Source of the DNA: Paraspadella gotoi
Lineage: Eukaryota > Animalia > Chaetognatha
NCBI GenBank assembly: GCA_051294375.1
Contig: CM119268.1
Coordinates: 23,261,762 to 23,325,761, forward strand
DNA: 64,000 nucleotides
Direction of reading: 5' to 3'
Shown in pieces: positions 39,401 through 51,979 of this stretch. Both the position numbers and the translations under genes were made by a program. How positions within the stretch are numbered: the first letter of the stretch is position 1; every line of letters starts with the position of its first letter. The notes below the pieces were generated by a model. It was not told where the DNA came from, did no database searches, and worked only from the letters and a program-made list of their open reading frames with translations.

Positions 39401-41646
39401 AGAATGTTCCTCTTTTTTTTTAACCCTAATTCTTTTCCTTTTCTCCCGATTCCTTCCCATTTTTCCCTCTCACTGAATCTCCCCTTTTTTCTCTCTCACC
39501 TGAATCCTCCCTTTTTCTCCTCTCACCTGAAAATCCTCCCTTTTTCTTCTCTCAACTGAATCTTCCTCTTTGCCACTGCCGTCCCTGCCTTGGGCCTTCT
39601 CGCCTCCAATCCTTCACTTCATAGAATCTCTCGCCTACATCACCGCGAATCTCCTCTTTGCTTCCGGGTTGCAAGGAGTCAAAGTCCATTGTAAAAGGCA
39701 ACCATCTCAGTCTCGAGGGCATAATAGTAAGAATGAGAGGTACAGGAGTGGGAGGGAGAGAGGAAATGAAGGAAAAGGGGAGAAAGGTAGAAAGAAGGAG
39801 AAGAATACTTTGATGAAGAAGGATTAAGGGAGGGGGAAGTATTTAAAAAGAAATTTTGGGAGAAAGACGGAATAGGTAAAAGTGCGAGAGGAAGAAGGAA
39901 CTATAATAATATAAAATTTTGAAAGCAGGAAACAAAAGGGGTATTATTAAAAAAGAATTTAAAAGGCACTATGAAATGGCAAATTATGAAAAGAGGATAA
40001 AGATTAGAAGAAAATTACTAAATTTGGGGATAAAGACCAAAAAGAGACACATCCACCTGAAACATGATGAAGTAAGTAGGAATGTCTTTGACGAAATGAG
40101 GAATCCACTGAAGAGGAAGACGAGAGAAACAATTGGAGACACAAGCGTAGTCGCTACTCGGAAGGAGTTGGTCAGACTCGAAAGCGAAGAAAACATGCAG
40201 TGCCGAGCATGTAAGCATGAGAAGTTATTGGCAAAAGGATCATTGGGTTTAAAGAAACCGAGGCGTTGTCTATCCCTGCACTTCCTAGGGGAAAAAGGGA
40301 AGGGTGAAAAGTGGGAAGAGGAATTGGTTTAATGTTAGAGAAATAGACTGAGAAAAGATCTTATCAACATAACACAACTGGAGAAACTTGGATCAAGTTT
40401 ATAACTTTTGAAGATCTTCATTACTTGTGTCGTCCATCGGGATGGACTGAACACCATCCAGTATAATGAATGTTGACATACAATGAGCGAGTAATAACTG
40501 TCTAATAGTGAAGAAGAGACAGACGGAACAAGTTAGTAGACAGGGAATGTTGTAACGCCGCTTAAAGTAGTCTCTAAGGAATGAAAATACAGTGACAAAT
40601 ATATCTATAAGATCAATAAAGTAACAGAAGCTTGCTAGCTTTCGCATGTAGTACAAAATAATATAAAATTTTGAATTGTCATATACATCAAATATGTAAA
40701 TATTTAACCTGGTGGATATGTTTATGTTCTCTGGAATAATGAGGATTAGAGCAATGACGGTTGTCTCATAGTCACAAAGAAATATCATTGCAAATAGGAC
40801 ACCAGGGACACTCATCATGTCCCATCTGCGAAAGTCGAGTTGAACGCACGTATGCCGATGATGAGACTCCATGACTGCAGAATGGAATAGAATTGCAAAT
40901 AAATTGGTCCATTGGTGGTTACAATGAAGCGTAGTGCTTTTTAATTCCAGTTAAAAACTAGCAAATGAAAATCGTTTCAGTTAAAAATCGAAATTTGGAA
41001 GTTTATGAGGGAGCTTAAACTAGGAGTTATTGAATTCCCATAAAAGCCAAGCTAAGTGAGACTAACCAAAATGACTCAACAAAAAGGACATGATCAAGCG
41101 AAGGATGGCTTGCTTGCGGTCCCGCGAATCAACTCCATGATTGCGCCAGAAAATGTTTCCATCTGTGAGATTCAAGTTAAATATGAACAGACTTAGAACT
41201 AACGTCAACAAGTTCAGTTGGTTGCGGCCAACAGCGTCTCTCTCAAGTGCACACATTATGAAACTAAAATTGATCTAACTGCATTGATCAACTGAAATTG
41301 ATGCAAACTTGAATTGAGCAACTTGAATGATCAAACTTGAATTGATTAACTAATTGATCTAACTTGTATTGATCTAACTTGAATTGATCTAACCGCCTCC
41401 AAAAAAGACAAAACTTTCGTTACTTCCTGTCTCAGCATAATTCTTCAAAATGTCCACTAGAGATCTTGCCAAGAACGAGTCCAAACCGGTCGTTGGTTCA
41501 TCGCAAAAAATTAATGTAGGTTTTGAAAGGATCTCCGTAGCAAAGGCCAGTCTCTTTGCCTCCCCGCCCGAGATTCCTGGCAAATAAAAACGATAAGTCA
41601 CCTCAGATTCTAATTTAAACTAAATTAATTTCAAAACATATTCGTC
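31141..41646 (-). pseudogene. Indel-rich duplicate of 45725-55835 (B1 exons 1-2, spacer, 3' half of B2), fused to part of the B1 signature exon; probable assembly artefact
   Basis: Colinear with 45.7-55.8 kb, differing mainly by 1-bp indels. Abrupt junctions at ~31140 and ~41421. Ends at the 25-N gap 41647-41671. Confidence 0.72.
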
Positions 41647-41671
41647 NNNNNNNNNNNNNNNNNNNNNNNNN

Positions 41672-44600
41672 GATGATGCTGCGGTCCGCATTCATCTCCA
41701 ATGATTCGCGCAAGAAAATGTTTTCCATCTGTGTGATCTACAAGTTTAAATAATGAAACAAATTCAATTTGCGCACAGCGTCTCTCTCAAGTGCAACAAT
41801 TATGATCTACTTAAATTGTCTAAATTAAATTGATCTAATTGAAACTGATCTACCATGATGGAAAAAAAAAGTGTCGCGGTTACTTTCCAGTTATTTTTCG
41901 GCATTTTAATGTAAGAATCAAAAAAATAAATTCAAATATCAAGAAACATTTAGCCTTTTGTGATTCATTTAAAGCTGTTGTCTCATTTAAACATAAAATA
42001 CAGGAGTCCATGTAAAAGAACTTTTATTATTTAAACTTTTTATTTATACTTATTTCGCGTTTTTTTATTACTTTTTAAGTTAAACTAATACTATTAAAAA
42101 TCCCTGCCTTTTCTTAGTTCTGATGTCAAATGGTTATTGCATTATCTCCATTAGATAGATTCAGGAATGAATTTTATTTCATATGTCAAAAAAAAAAGCA
42201 ATATTAAAAATACATTGATGCTGTAGATGTTACAAGAATATATTTTTTAAATTATAAAGTATTAATAAAAGTTATAAGGTTCAGGTAACCTTTCTGTAAG
42301 CAAAGTTATCATTTTATTTACCTTTGGATGTATTATCAGTATCAAACAACTCTAAAAATAAAAAAATAAAGATTTTATTGAAGTAAAAGACAATGAATTT
42401 ATCACATTATGCAGCAAAAAACTCAAGCCTGGTTTACTTTATAAAGGATCAATCTTTTTTACTGCCTGCTAAGGGACCATTTTTTACCCCAAATCTGATA
42501 AAAAATATCATGTTAAAAATATAATTTTAATAATATATGAGTATTCTCTTAATAAAAAGAAAGTGAAAAAACTTAGAGAATCCTCTTTTGGAAGTATTTG
42601 AATGCATTGAAAATTTAATGCTGTTGAGAAATAATCAATTTATTCAGTCTTAGGGAGGTCATATTACCTATTAAAAATTATTTACTAGCCAAAAAATATA
42701 TTTGATAATAAAATTAACTTGCTTTTCCAAACCCGCGACATTTTTTTTTTCCATCGTAATGGTAACTGTAATTAGATGTAACTTGAATTGATCTAACTTG
42801 AATTAATCTAACTTAAATTGATCTAACCTGTGCCTCAAAAAAAGACAAAACTTTTCGTTAACATGTTAACCGAAACTTCTTCTCATCGAAAGAGACTAAA
42901 TCCCGGGTGTTCAATTTGCTCTGAAATTTTCTGAAAGTTCAGCGTTTGTGAATTCATTTCTATTCACACTAATAGTTTGTAAATAGAATTAATTAGTTTT
43001 AGGTTTAACTTTTTCTCCTAGTTTTCACCACCTGCTTAATCATTTCATTCTCTTGACTGTTTTTAAATGCTTCAGACAGTTCCTTCATCTATCCCGACAT
43101 TGTTTCTCTTCGCCAGGGATAACGGCCAGAGTGAAGATGTAGTGATCGGCGGGTTGTAGGAAAGGAGGGCATGGAAAACCAGCTCGCTCAAACAGGGCCA
43201 AACAGTCGTTAGCTGTTCCAATAAATATGCAACTTCCCTCCGCCATGATACAGATCTGTGACGTTAGGTCCAAGTAGTTCTTGAATAGTTTTTCAAAAGC
43301 AGCAGGCAATTTTAAACAAACCTGATCAAAAAGCTGAAAGGTCTCTGAGCTGGGCTGGTGAATGGTGCAGAAGAATCGTTTTCCTGTCTCAGCATAATTC
43401 CTTCAAAATGTCCACTAGAGATCTTGCCAAGAACGAGTCCAAACCGGTCGTTGGTTCATCGCAAAAAAATTAATGTAGGTTTTGAAAGGATCTCCGTAGC
43501 AAAGGCCAGTCTCTTTGCCTCCCCGCCCGAGATTCCTGGCAAATTAAAAACGATAAAGTCACCTCAGATTCTAATTTAAACTAAATTTAATTTCAAAAAC
43601 ATATTCGTCAATTTTTCATATAACTCGCGCCCAAGTTAACCATTAGCCATTCTTTGAGGCCTTAGGCCCCAACTGCGACCTCGATTAAACCTCAGCCTCT
43701 CAAAGAGCACTGAGCTTTAAATTCACGCATTCAGACTTATTCAGTCACACCATTTGATTCACATTATCGCATTCGATTTCACCCTTAGCCATTCCCGGTT
43801 TTCCAATCTTCACGTCTTCACACTTCTTCNNNNNNNNNNNNNNNNNNNNNNNNNNNNNNNNNNNNNNNNNNNNNNNNNNNNNNNNNNNNNNNNNNNNNNN
43901 NNNNNNNNNNNNNNNNNNNNNNNNNNNNNNNNNNNNNNNNNNNNNNNNNNNNNNNNNNNNNNNNNNNNNNNNNNNNNNCGTGGAATGTGAGATGTTCCTT
44001 GACCTTGAGTCCGCCCATGAAGATGTCGTCTTGTTGCACAAACACCGAACTTCTGCTCATACATTTCTGGTCCACTGGGAAGAATGGGCACAGTGTTTAT
44101 GCGTTTATGGTTCCAATCAAAACTAAAAAAGTTCAGGGTTTCTGCCCTGTAGTCCATCTAGCAGGAAGCTCAACCTGTTTTTATCGTAGAAATGATAATT
44201 TATGCTAGTTTATTAAATTGATTTTTAACAATTTTTCTTTCTGTTCACAGAATTAATAGAAAATTTGCATAAAATGTTATTGTTTTCTTTCTTTTTCACA
44301 ATCTTGTAATTCAAAATCACATCGTTAATAATTAATAATAATAATTAATTAATTATTAATAATTGGTAATACGATTAATGATAAGGTTTTGGATGAGATA
44401 TAAGGTTATGAATTAGGTTTTGGATAGAATTCGTGATTATGGTTATGGATTAGAGACTCAGGGTTATGATTAGGGATTAAGGTTAAAGATTAAAGTTAAG
44501 GGGTTTGGGTTTAAGAGAGCATCAAAGATATATAATTTAGTTTAAAGAATTAAAGAAGAGAAAAGAATATTTTTGGAAAAGAGAGCATCAAAGTTTTCAC

Positions 44601-46424
44601 TCACCCGGATGTCCATTAAGCATGACCTTTCCTTCCACCGTGAGTCCTGTTCGGTTCCGGAAATTCAGGATGTTGAGCAAAGTCGTTTTTCCGGCGCCGG
44701 ATGCTCCTAGAACGGCCATGAGGCTGCAAGGTGACGCGATTCCATCGACGCCGAAAAGAATTCTCTTTCCAGGGATTCGACCGCAACCTGAAGCAAAGGG
44801 GGAGGGAATGATGGAGGCAACAATGTCAACTACAGCGATAACAACTTTGATAAAAACCACAACAAACATCAATAATAACAAGGACAACAACACTTGAACA
44901 ACAATGACTAAAATGATGACAACGAGAACGATTATATGAACAACAAAAAATACAACACTGGCTACGATAGAAAGAACAACAAGATGACAACAATAACACA
45001 ATGACAAAAACTAAAATGATGACAATGACGACGATGAAAATAAGAACAAAAACAAAAAAATAAATGAACAAGTTTGAGCAAACAATGTCGGATCTGGCAC
45101 GATCGTTATCAATAATTAATTAATTAATAATTAAATAATTCAAGTTAATTAATTAAGCAATTAATTAATTAATTTTATCTTAAATGTTTGTTTTTAGGAC
45201 TTTTTGTCACTTACTATGAAAAAAGCAATGACGACGACGAGAATAATGCCGAAAAAGATTGAATTGATTGACTGATTAATTAATTATTGATTAATTAATT
45301 GACTAATTGATTAATTAACTGATTAATTAATACATCTTGCATTTACATTTATTATAAAAGGAAAAAAGAAGCATAATCAATTAGTGAAACAGGTTCCCTT
45401 TTTTTTTTCATTTAAACTCATTTCCACTCAAACGATTCCATCGAAACTTAATTTCCAGCTTAATCACACACGTTCCTACCCACATACAAAATTTCAGGTC
45501 AATCGCCCCATCCACTCATGAGCAATTGGTATTCAGATTGTGAAATATATTTTTTGTTTTTTCTATTTAAACTCATTTTCACTCTGACGATTCCATCGAA
45601 ACTTCATATCCAGGTCAATCACACACTTCTCTACCCACACATAAAATTTAAATCCAATCCATCCATCCAGTCACGAGTAATTGATGTTTTTTGCTAAGGT
45701 GGGATGGACGCACGGATGGACAGATGGACATCATTATTTTTGCATAATTTATCATAATTCGATGTTCTGACATGATATAAGTGAATGCCCGACAATATTG
45801 AGGGGGCAGACCGACGGACCAACAAAGTGAATTATAGAGTCAGGATCTGCTGATAAGCAGATCCGACTAAAACGACAACAATAATAACATAATAAAAACG
45901 AGATCAACAAGCTCAACAAAAAAATGACGATATAACGAGATGACAAAAACTAAAATGACAATGACGACAACAAAAACCTTTAGGCTTCGTCGATACTTCA
46001 ATTCCTTTCCAGGTCAAAGTCAGTCGGTCTTCCTCTGGAATGAAGTCGTTATTATCTTTGCCCAACGCATTATCTTCATTTTTGTTGATGTTGACCGATG
46101 AATGGCTAAAGACGAAATAGGTGAGGAATCGGGTTAGAGTGAGAGAGGGTCAGGTATTTACAGCGGGCATTGACTCTGGTTCACACAATTAAAACATTAT
46201 TTGAAATATCATCGCAAGAGATCAATCTGCTATGTCATTATCTTGTAAGAGAGATGGAGGCCTAAGCCCACCAAACCCTGTCCAAAGTCAGGGGCAAGAT
46301 AGCTTAATAATTAAATGAATGGATAATTTTTATAGACATCTGACCTGTCGATTTTCGCATCGTCTGCATCAGTTATCCTCCCGTCGTCTGCATCTTTCAT
46401 CCTCCCGTCGTCTGCATCTGTCAT
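41672..46424 (-). CDS. ABCG gene B1, 5' half; overlaps and repeats 29.9-31.1 kb
   Basis: Exon 1 46345-46424 ([26 protein letters not shown], phase-2 donor AG|GTCAGA), 45978-46105, 44605-44787 (Walker [12 protein letters not shown]), 43783-44074 (contains an N gap), 43322-43535, 43032-43255. Confidence 0.85.
41853..42762. mobile_element. MITE with ~27-bp TIRs and TA target duplication (Tc1/mariner-like); also assembled at 29984-30606 with an internal gap
   Basis: TA|CCATGATGGAAAAAAAAGTGTCGCGGTT ... AACCGCGACATTTTTTTTCCATCATGG|TA (cleanest at 29984/30606). Inserted at a TA of the 15-bp intronic minisatellite. Absent from B2 (55655-55800). Confidence 0.82.
45067..45872 (-). mobile_element. HINE/DINE-1-like element in B1 intron 2
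   Basis: Same termini in reverse orientation (AACAAGTTTGAGCAAACAATGTCGGATCTG ... GCAGATCCGACTAAAA). Absent from the homologous B2 intron at ~57915. Confidence 0.82.
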
Positions 46425-46487
46425 CTTTGTCTCTTTATTAAAAAGATTGAATATTTTTTTAAGCTAAAGTAAAAATCAATGCTAGGA

Positions 46488-47388
46488 TTTTTAGTTGGAT
46501 CTGCTTTCAGCAGATCCTGACTCTATAATTCACTTTGTCAGTCCGTCGGTCACTCACTTATATCATGTCAGAACATCGAATTATGATAAATTATGCAAAA
46601 AAAAAAACAAAAAACGATGTCCGTCCGTTCGTCTGTCCGTCCGTCCGTTCATCCGTCCGTCCGTCCCACCTTAGAAAAAAACACCAATTACTCGTGATTG
46701 GATGGATGGATTAGATTGAAATTTTGTGTGTGGGTAGGGAAGTGTGTGATTGAGCTGTATATGAAGTTTCGATAGAATCGTCCGAGTGGAAATGAGTTTA
46801 AATGGAAAAAACAAAAAAATATATTTCAGTATTTGAACACCAATTACTCATGAGTGGATGGGGCTATTGTCTTGAAATTTTGTATTTGGGTAGAAAACTG
46901 TGTGATTAAACTGAAATCAAGTTTCGATGGAATCGTTTGAGTGGAAATGAGTTTAAATGGAAAAAACAAAGAACTTATTTCACCAATTGATTATGCTTCT
47001 TTTTCTTTTTTTTTAAATGTAAATGCAAAATGTATTAATTAATCAAATAATTAATCAGTTAATTAATCAATTAGTAAATTAATTAATCAATAATTAATTA
47101 ATCAGTCAATTAATCAATCAAAACAAACATTTTGAATCAAATTAATTAATTAATTGCCTCTCTCTCTTTCTCTCTCTCTCTCTTTTTCAAAAACAAGTTT
47201 GAGCAAACAATGTCGGATCTGCCCACGATCATTATCGGTAATTAATTAATTAAATAGTTAACTTTAATAGATTAATTTTTAATTAATTAAATAATTAATT
47301 AACTTGAATTAATTATTAATTAATTATTAATTAATTAATTATCGATAATGATCGTGGGCAGATCCGACATTGTTTGCTCCAACTTGTT
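46488..47388 (+). mobile_element. HINE/DINE-1-like element just upstream of the B1 start codon (repeated at 31906-32805)
   Basis: Same 5' inverted repeat, (GTCC)n and 3' end. Absent at the homologous position ~61588 upstream of B2. Confidence 0.8.
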
Positions 47389-47939
47389 TTTGAAAAAGAG
47401 AGAGAAACGGAAACGCGAGAGTAACGAAGTAAAACGCCCGTCGTCATAGTAACAGAATATACAATGAAGATAATTCTCTTTTATTCTTTTGTTTACAGTT
47501 GTATTGCCTTTGTTGTCGTTAATGTTATTATTGTTGTTGTTGTCGTTGTTATTGTTGGTGTTGTCGTTGTTGTTGTTTATTGTCGCGATTCATTACTTTC
47601 CTTTTTTCTTCCTTACAGAATCCCTGAATCCCTGCAGTTTCCTGGATTCGTAGACTTAATAATAAATCATACAAAAGAAGTCTCTCTCTCTCTCTNNNNN
47701 NNNNNCTCTCTCTTTCTCTCTCCCTTTCATTCTCTCTCTCTCGTTCTCTCTTTCCCCTTATCAGTTTTGTCATCTTTCCATTATCATCTCTCTCTCTCTC
47801 TATCTCTCTCCCTCTCTATCCGCCTCCATTTCCTCCCGGAAGTAAATCGGGAGCATCTTTCTTTGAGAATCTCATCTCTGACTTCGACTTTTTCGATCAT
47901 CCAATCTCAGTCCTTTGAAGATGACACTGATTGACGTCG

Positions 47940-48178
47940 AGAAGAGAGAGTGAGAGAGAGAAGAGAGAGAAAAAGAGAGAGATTAAAGAGAGAGTAGAGA
48001 GAGAGAATGAGAGAGAGAGAAAGAAAGATTAGAGAGAGAGAGAGATTAGAGAGAAAGATTAAAGAGAGAGATTAAAGAGAGAGTAGAGAGACAGAATGAG
48101 AGAGATTAGAGAGAGAGAGAGAGATTAGAGAGAGAGATTAAAGAGAGAGATTAAAGAGAGAGTAGAGAGAGAGGGAGA

Positions 48179-48210
<32 letters not shown>

Positions 48211-48218
48211 AAGAGAGA
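47940..48218. repeat. Compound (GA)n/GAGATTA microsatellite, representative of many (CT)n, (ATTC)n, (AATT)n, (TTTC)n and (AAT)n tracts in the window
   Basis: Direct inspection. These tracts explain the many ER/SL-rich spurious ORFs. Confidence 0.9.
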
Positions 48219-50951
48219 TCCCTGTTGCGTCGGAATTCTTGACGTCAGACACGCAAAGTTTTATAAATTTACTACATCGTAGTATTTGTTGTTTTTGTTG
48301 TTGTTGTTGTTGTTAGAATATCAGTATCTTCTTTTTTCTTATCTGACGCAGGCGAAAGATTTTTGTAAAAAATGAAAAAAAAATATTCCTCTGGTTTTTT
48401 GTATATGGGAATAAAATAAGTAAAGAATAGCACCGTAAAGTAAAGATTATATTATATTATAATTACGATCATTTTTGGAAATTTAATGTTTATTCATTTC
48501 GTTACGTCAAGAAATGTGCTTGCGCCAAAACAAAGTAATTTTAGCAAACCGTAATGTAATTTTAATATTAAATATAAATGTTTAGTTGATTAAAAAGAAA
48601 AGCTTTCCGTAAAAAGCTATAACTTTGAACTTGGTACAACCAATATAAAATTATCCACTCATTTAATAAATAAGCTATTTCGCCCCTGACTTTGGTGATT
48701 TAAGGCCTCCATCTCTCTTACAAGATAATGAAATAGCAGGTTCCTGCAAGCTTTCACATTATAGTTTATTCACTTTCAGAAATGGTATAATATTTCGTTA
48801 GGTGTATATTTAATAATAAATATATAAATATTCGGAACGTTTAATGGCTCCGCGACTTTTTTTTTTCAAATTTTTTATAATTAATTTTTTTTCTATCAAA
48901 ATTAAAAGTCAAACTTTATTTCTTCCAAAATTAATTTTTTTTTATTATGACTCATTGGATTTTGTATCAGGAGTCCTGTCGACGTCGGCAGCCGCCTCCA
49001 TCCCCCGCCGCTGCCGCGGCTGCCGCCGCCGCTGCTATCGCCGCTGCCGTCGGCCGGGTGCTACTCATCTTTGGGTTTGATAAAGCGGCGGATAATAAAT
49101 TGTATGTCGTCGTCATCGTCGTTGTCGTCGTCGTCATTAGCAAAATATTCTTCCTTTTGTTCTTCATGACCCGATTTTCGTCATCCACTGTCGTTGTCGT
49201 CGTCGTCATCTTGTTCATCCTCTTCTTCCTCTTCCTTCTCTTCCTCCTCCTCTCCTTTTCTGCCTCCTCCCCTTCTTCTCCTCCTCCTTTTCCTCCTCCT
49301 CTTCCTCCCCTCTTCCTCTCAAACGATTAAAGATCTTTAGAAAGATAATATTCTCTTTTTCTTCTGCCTCATACATAGATCAATCGACGCCATGAAAAAT
49401 CGGCTCTCTTTTCCGAGAGTATCCCATTTTTTTCAGCTTTCTTTTCCAAGAGTACCGCATTTCTTTTTGGATTTTTTTTTTCAAAAATACCTTATTTATT
49501 ATTTTTCCAAAAAAATATTTTTAATTTTAATATTTAATATTAGAGAAAACAAAGTTTTTTATTTTGTTATAAACAACGATTTTTTGTATTAGACATAGAA
49601 ACAGGACATGTTTCGGCTTTAGTGCAAGCTTTTATCAGTGCTTTTTACATTGTAAATTGTGTTTGTGAAAAATCAATAAAGAAGGAGAGAGAAAAAAAAA
49701 GTCAAGTTTAATGTTTTTAATAAAGGATTGATAGTGGTTAGAGGTGAGAACAGATTTGAGATTAGCCAGATTGAGTGAGTTGTGAAAAGAAATGAAATAT
49801 GGTCAAAGAGAGAGATAGAGAGAGAGAAAGAGAGAGAGACAATTAAATTTGAGCAATGTACAACAAAGATAAAAAGTAAACTTAACTATTAATACTTTAA
49901 AAATAAATAAGTAAAAAATTTAAGCAAAGATTTATTTTAATAAAGTAAGTTTGAAAATTTTTGAAAAATTAAAAGTTGAAAAATTGAAATTGAATTGAAG
50001 GTTAGGGATAGATAAGTGAAAGATAAACTTATAAACCAAAACCTAACCATAATTCTTAACCCTAACCTAATCCTAAACACTAATTAAAACCTTTTTTTTA
50101 AATCCTACCCCAAACTTCTAACTCTAAACGCAAATCCATAACCCAAAACTCTAACCAAGTCCCTAACCTTAATCACTAACTTGATCTCTAACCTAATCCT
50201 TAACTCTCACCCCTAAAATTAAATTAAAAAAAAATTTAATTCCGAATTTTAAATGGAATGGGTCGTTCAAGGAAAATAAAGTCGAAATACCTCTTGTGTC
50301 TTCGGACGGAGGAAAGAGTAAAGTGGCTCGTGCCGATATATTTAATTTCCTCCCTTAAGACATCCGGTATTTCGTCGGTCTCTCATTGGCCTCTCATCAG
50401 CCTCTCGGCAGCTTCTTGTCGGTCCTTTGTCGCCCTCTTGTCAGTATTTCCTCTCTCGGTCGTTTTCATTAACTTTTGGTCCCAAACAAAATGACTCATA
50501 TTTTTTTATAAAAAGAAAATGATATATAAAATATGAAATTTGTTAGTCTACATTTATAGATTTTGTCTATTTTCTTAATTTTAACTTCGGTACATTGATA
50601 TTTTTACCTTGACATCTTTTTAGATATGAGAAAGGGAGAGAGAGAGAGAGAAAGAGAGAGAGAGAAAGAGAGAGAGAGAGGGAGGGAGGGAGGGATGGAG
50701 CATGACCAAGCGTCAACTTCATCGCCTCAATCAGATTCTTCGCTTTTGGGCAGGAAATGGTTGACCTGAGGAGGAGGAGGAGGAAGAGGAGGACTGGGAG
50801 AATAGGAGGAGGAAAAGGAGGAGGAGGAGGAGGAGGAAGAAGAGAAAGAGAATATTGAGACAGGAAAATAAAGTTCGAGATTCAACGTAGAAAAATTAAA
50901 AAGATCTAAATATAGTCAATGTAGTACGAGTAGGCTCTGTCTGTCTTTCCT

Positions 50952-50991
<40 letters not shown>

Positions 50992-51014
50992 TTTCTTTTG
51001 AGATAAATGTCAAT

Positions 51015-51979
51015 GTTTTTAGCCGGTTCTTCTTACAGCAGATTCCGGCTCGATAATTTACTTTGTCCGCCCCCTCAATATTGTCGGGAATTTACATATA
51101 TCATGTCAGAACATCGAATTATGATAAATTTTTCAAAAAAATTGATTTCCGTCCGTCCGTCCCCCCTTAGCTTTGAACGCCAATTACTCATGATTGTAAG
51201 GGGCGATTGACTTTAAATTTTGTCTGTGGGTAAAAAAGTGTGTGATTAAGCTGGAAACCAAGTTTCGAAAGAATTGTCCGAGTGGAAATAAGTTTAAATG
51301 GAAAAAAAAATTATTTCACTATTTTAACGCCAATTGCTTATGAGTGGTCAGGGCGATTGACTTTAAATTTTGTATGTGGGTAGGAAAGTGTGTGATTAAG
51401 CTGGAAATCATGTTTTGATGGAATCGTCTGAGTGGAAATGAATTTAAATGGAAAAAACAAAAAACCTGTTTTACTAATTGATTTTGCTTCTTTCTTTTTT
51501 TATATTAAATGTAAATGCAAGATGTATTAATTAATAAATAATTATTCAGTCAATTATTCAATCAATTAATTAATCAATCAATCAATTTTTTTATCTATTA
51601 ATTAATTAATCAATCAATCAATTTATTTATCAATTTATTAACTATTCAATCAATAAATCAATCAGTCACATAAGTAAATCAATTAATCGTTATCGGCATT
51701 GTTGTTGTCATNNNNNNNNNNATAAATCAATCAGTCACGTAAGTAAATCAATTAATCGTTATTGGCATTGTTGTTGTCATCTCCATCATCGTCGTTGCTT
51801 TTGTCGTGGTCAATGACGAAAAGACCTAAAACAAACCTGTCGGATCAAATCAATTCATTAATTAATTTACTAATATTAAATTAAATTTGATTATTAATTA
51901 ATCAATTAATTAATAATTAATTATTTAATTAATTATAATGATCGTTGGCAGATCCGGCATTGTTTGCTCAAACTTGTTT
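51015..51979 (+). mobile_element. HINE/DINE-1-like element in the B1-B2 spacer (repeated at 36545-37419)
   Basis: TTTTAGCCGG..GCAGATTCCGGCT start and GCAGATCCGGCATTGTTTGCTCAAACTTGTTT end. Shared with the next unit at 62612, so it predates the duplication. Confidence 0.78.

Noticed and set aside
48967-49218. Poly-Thr/poly-Ala ORF as a standalone protein gene
   Set aside because: It is built from trinucleotide repeats, the frame is not preserved in the duplicate at 34430-34790, and no domain was recognised.
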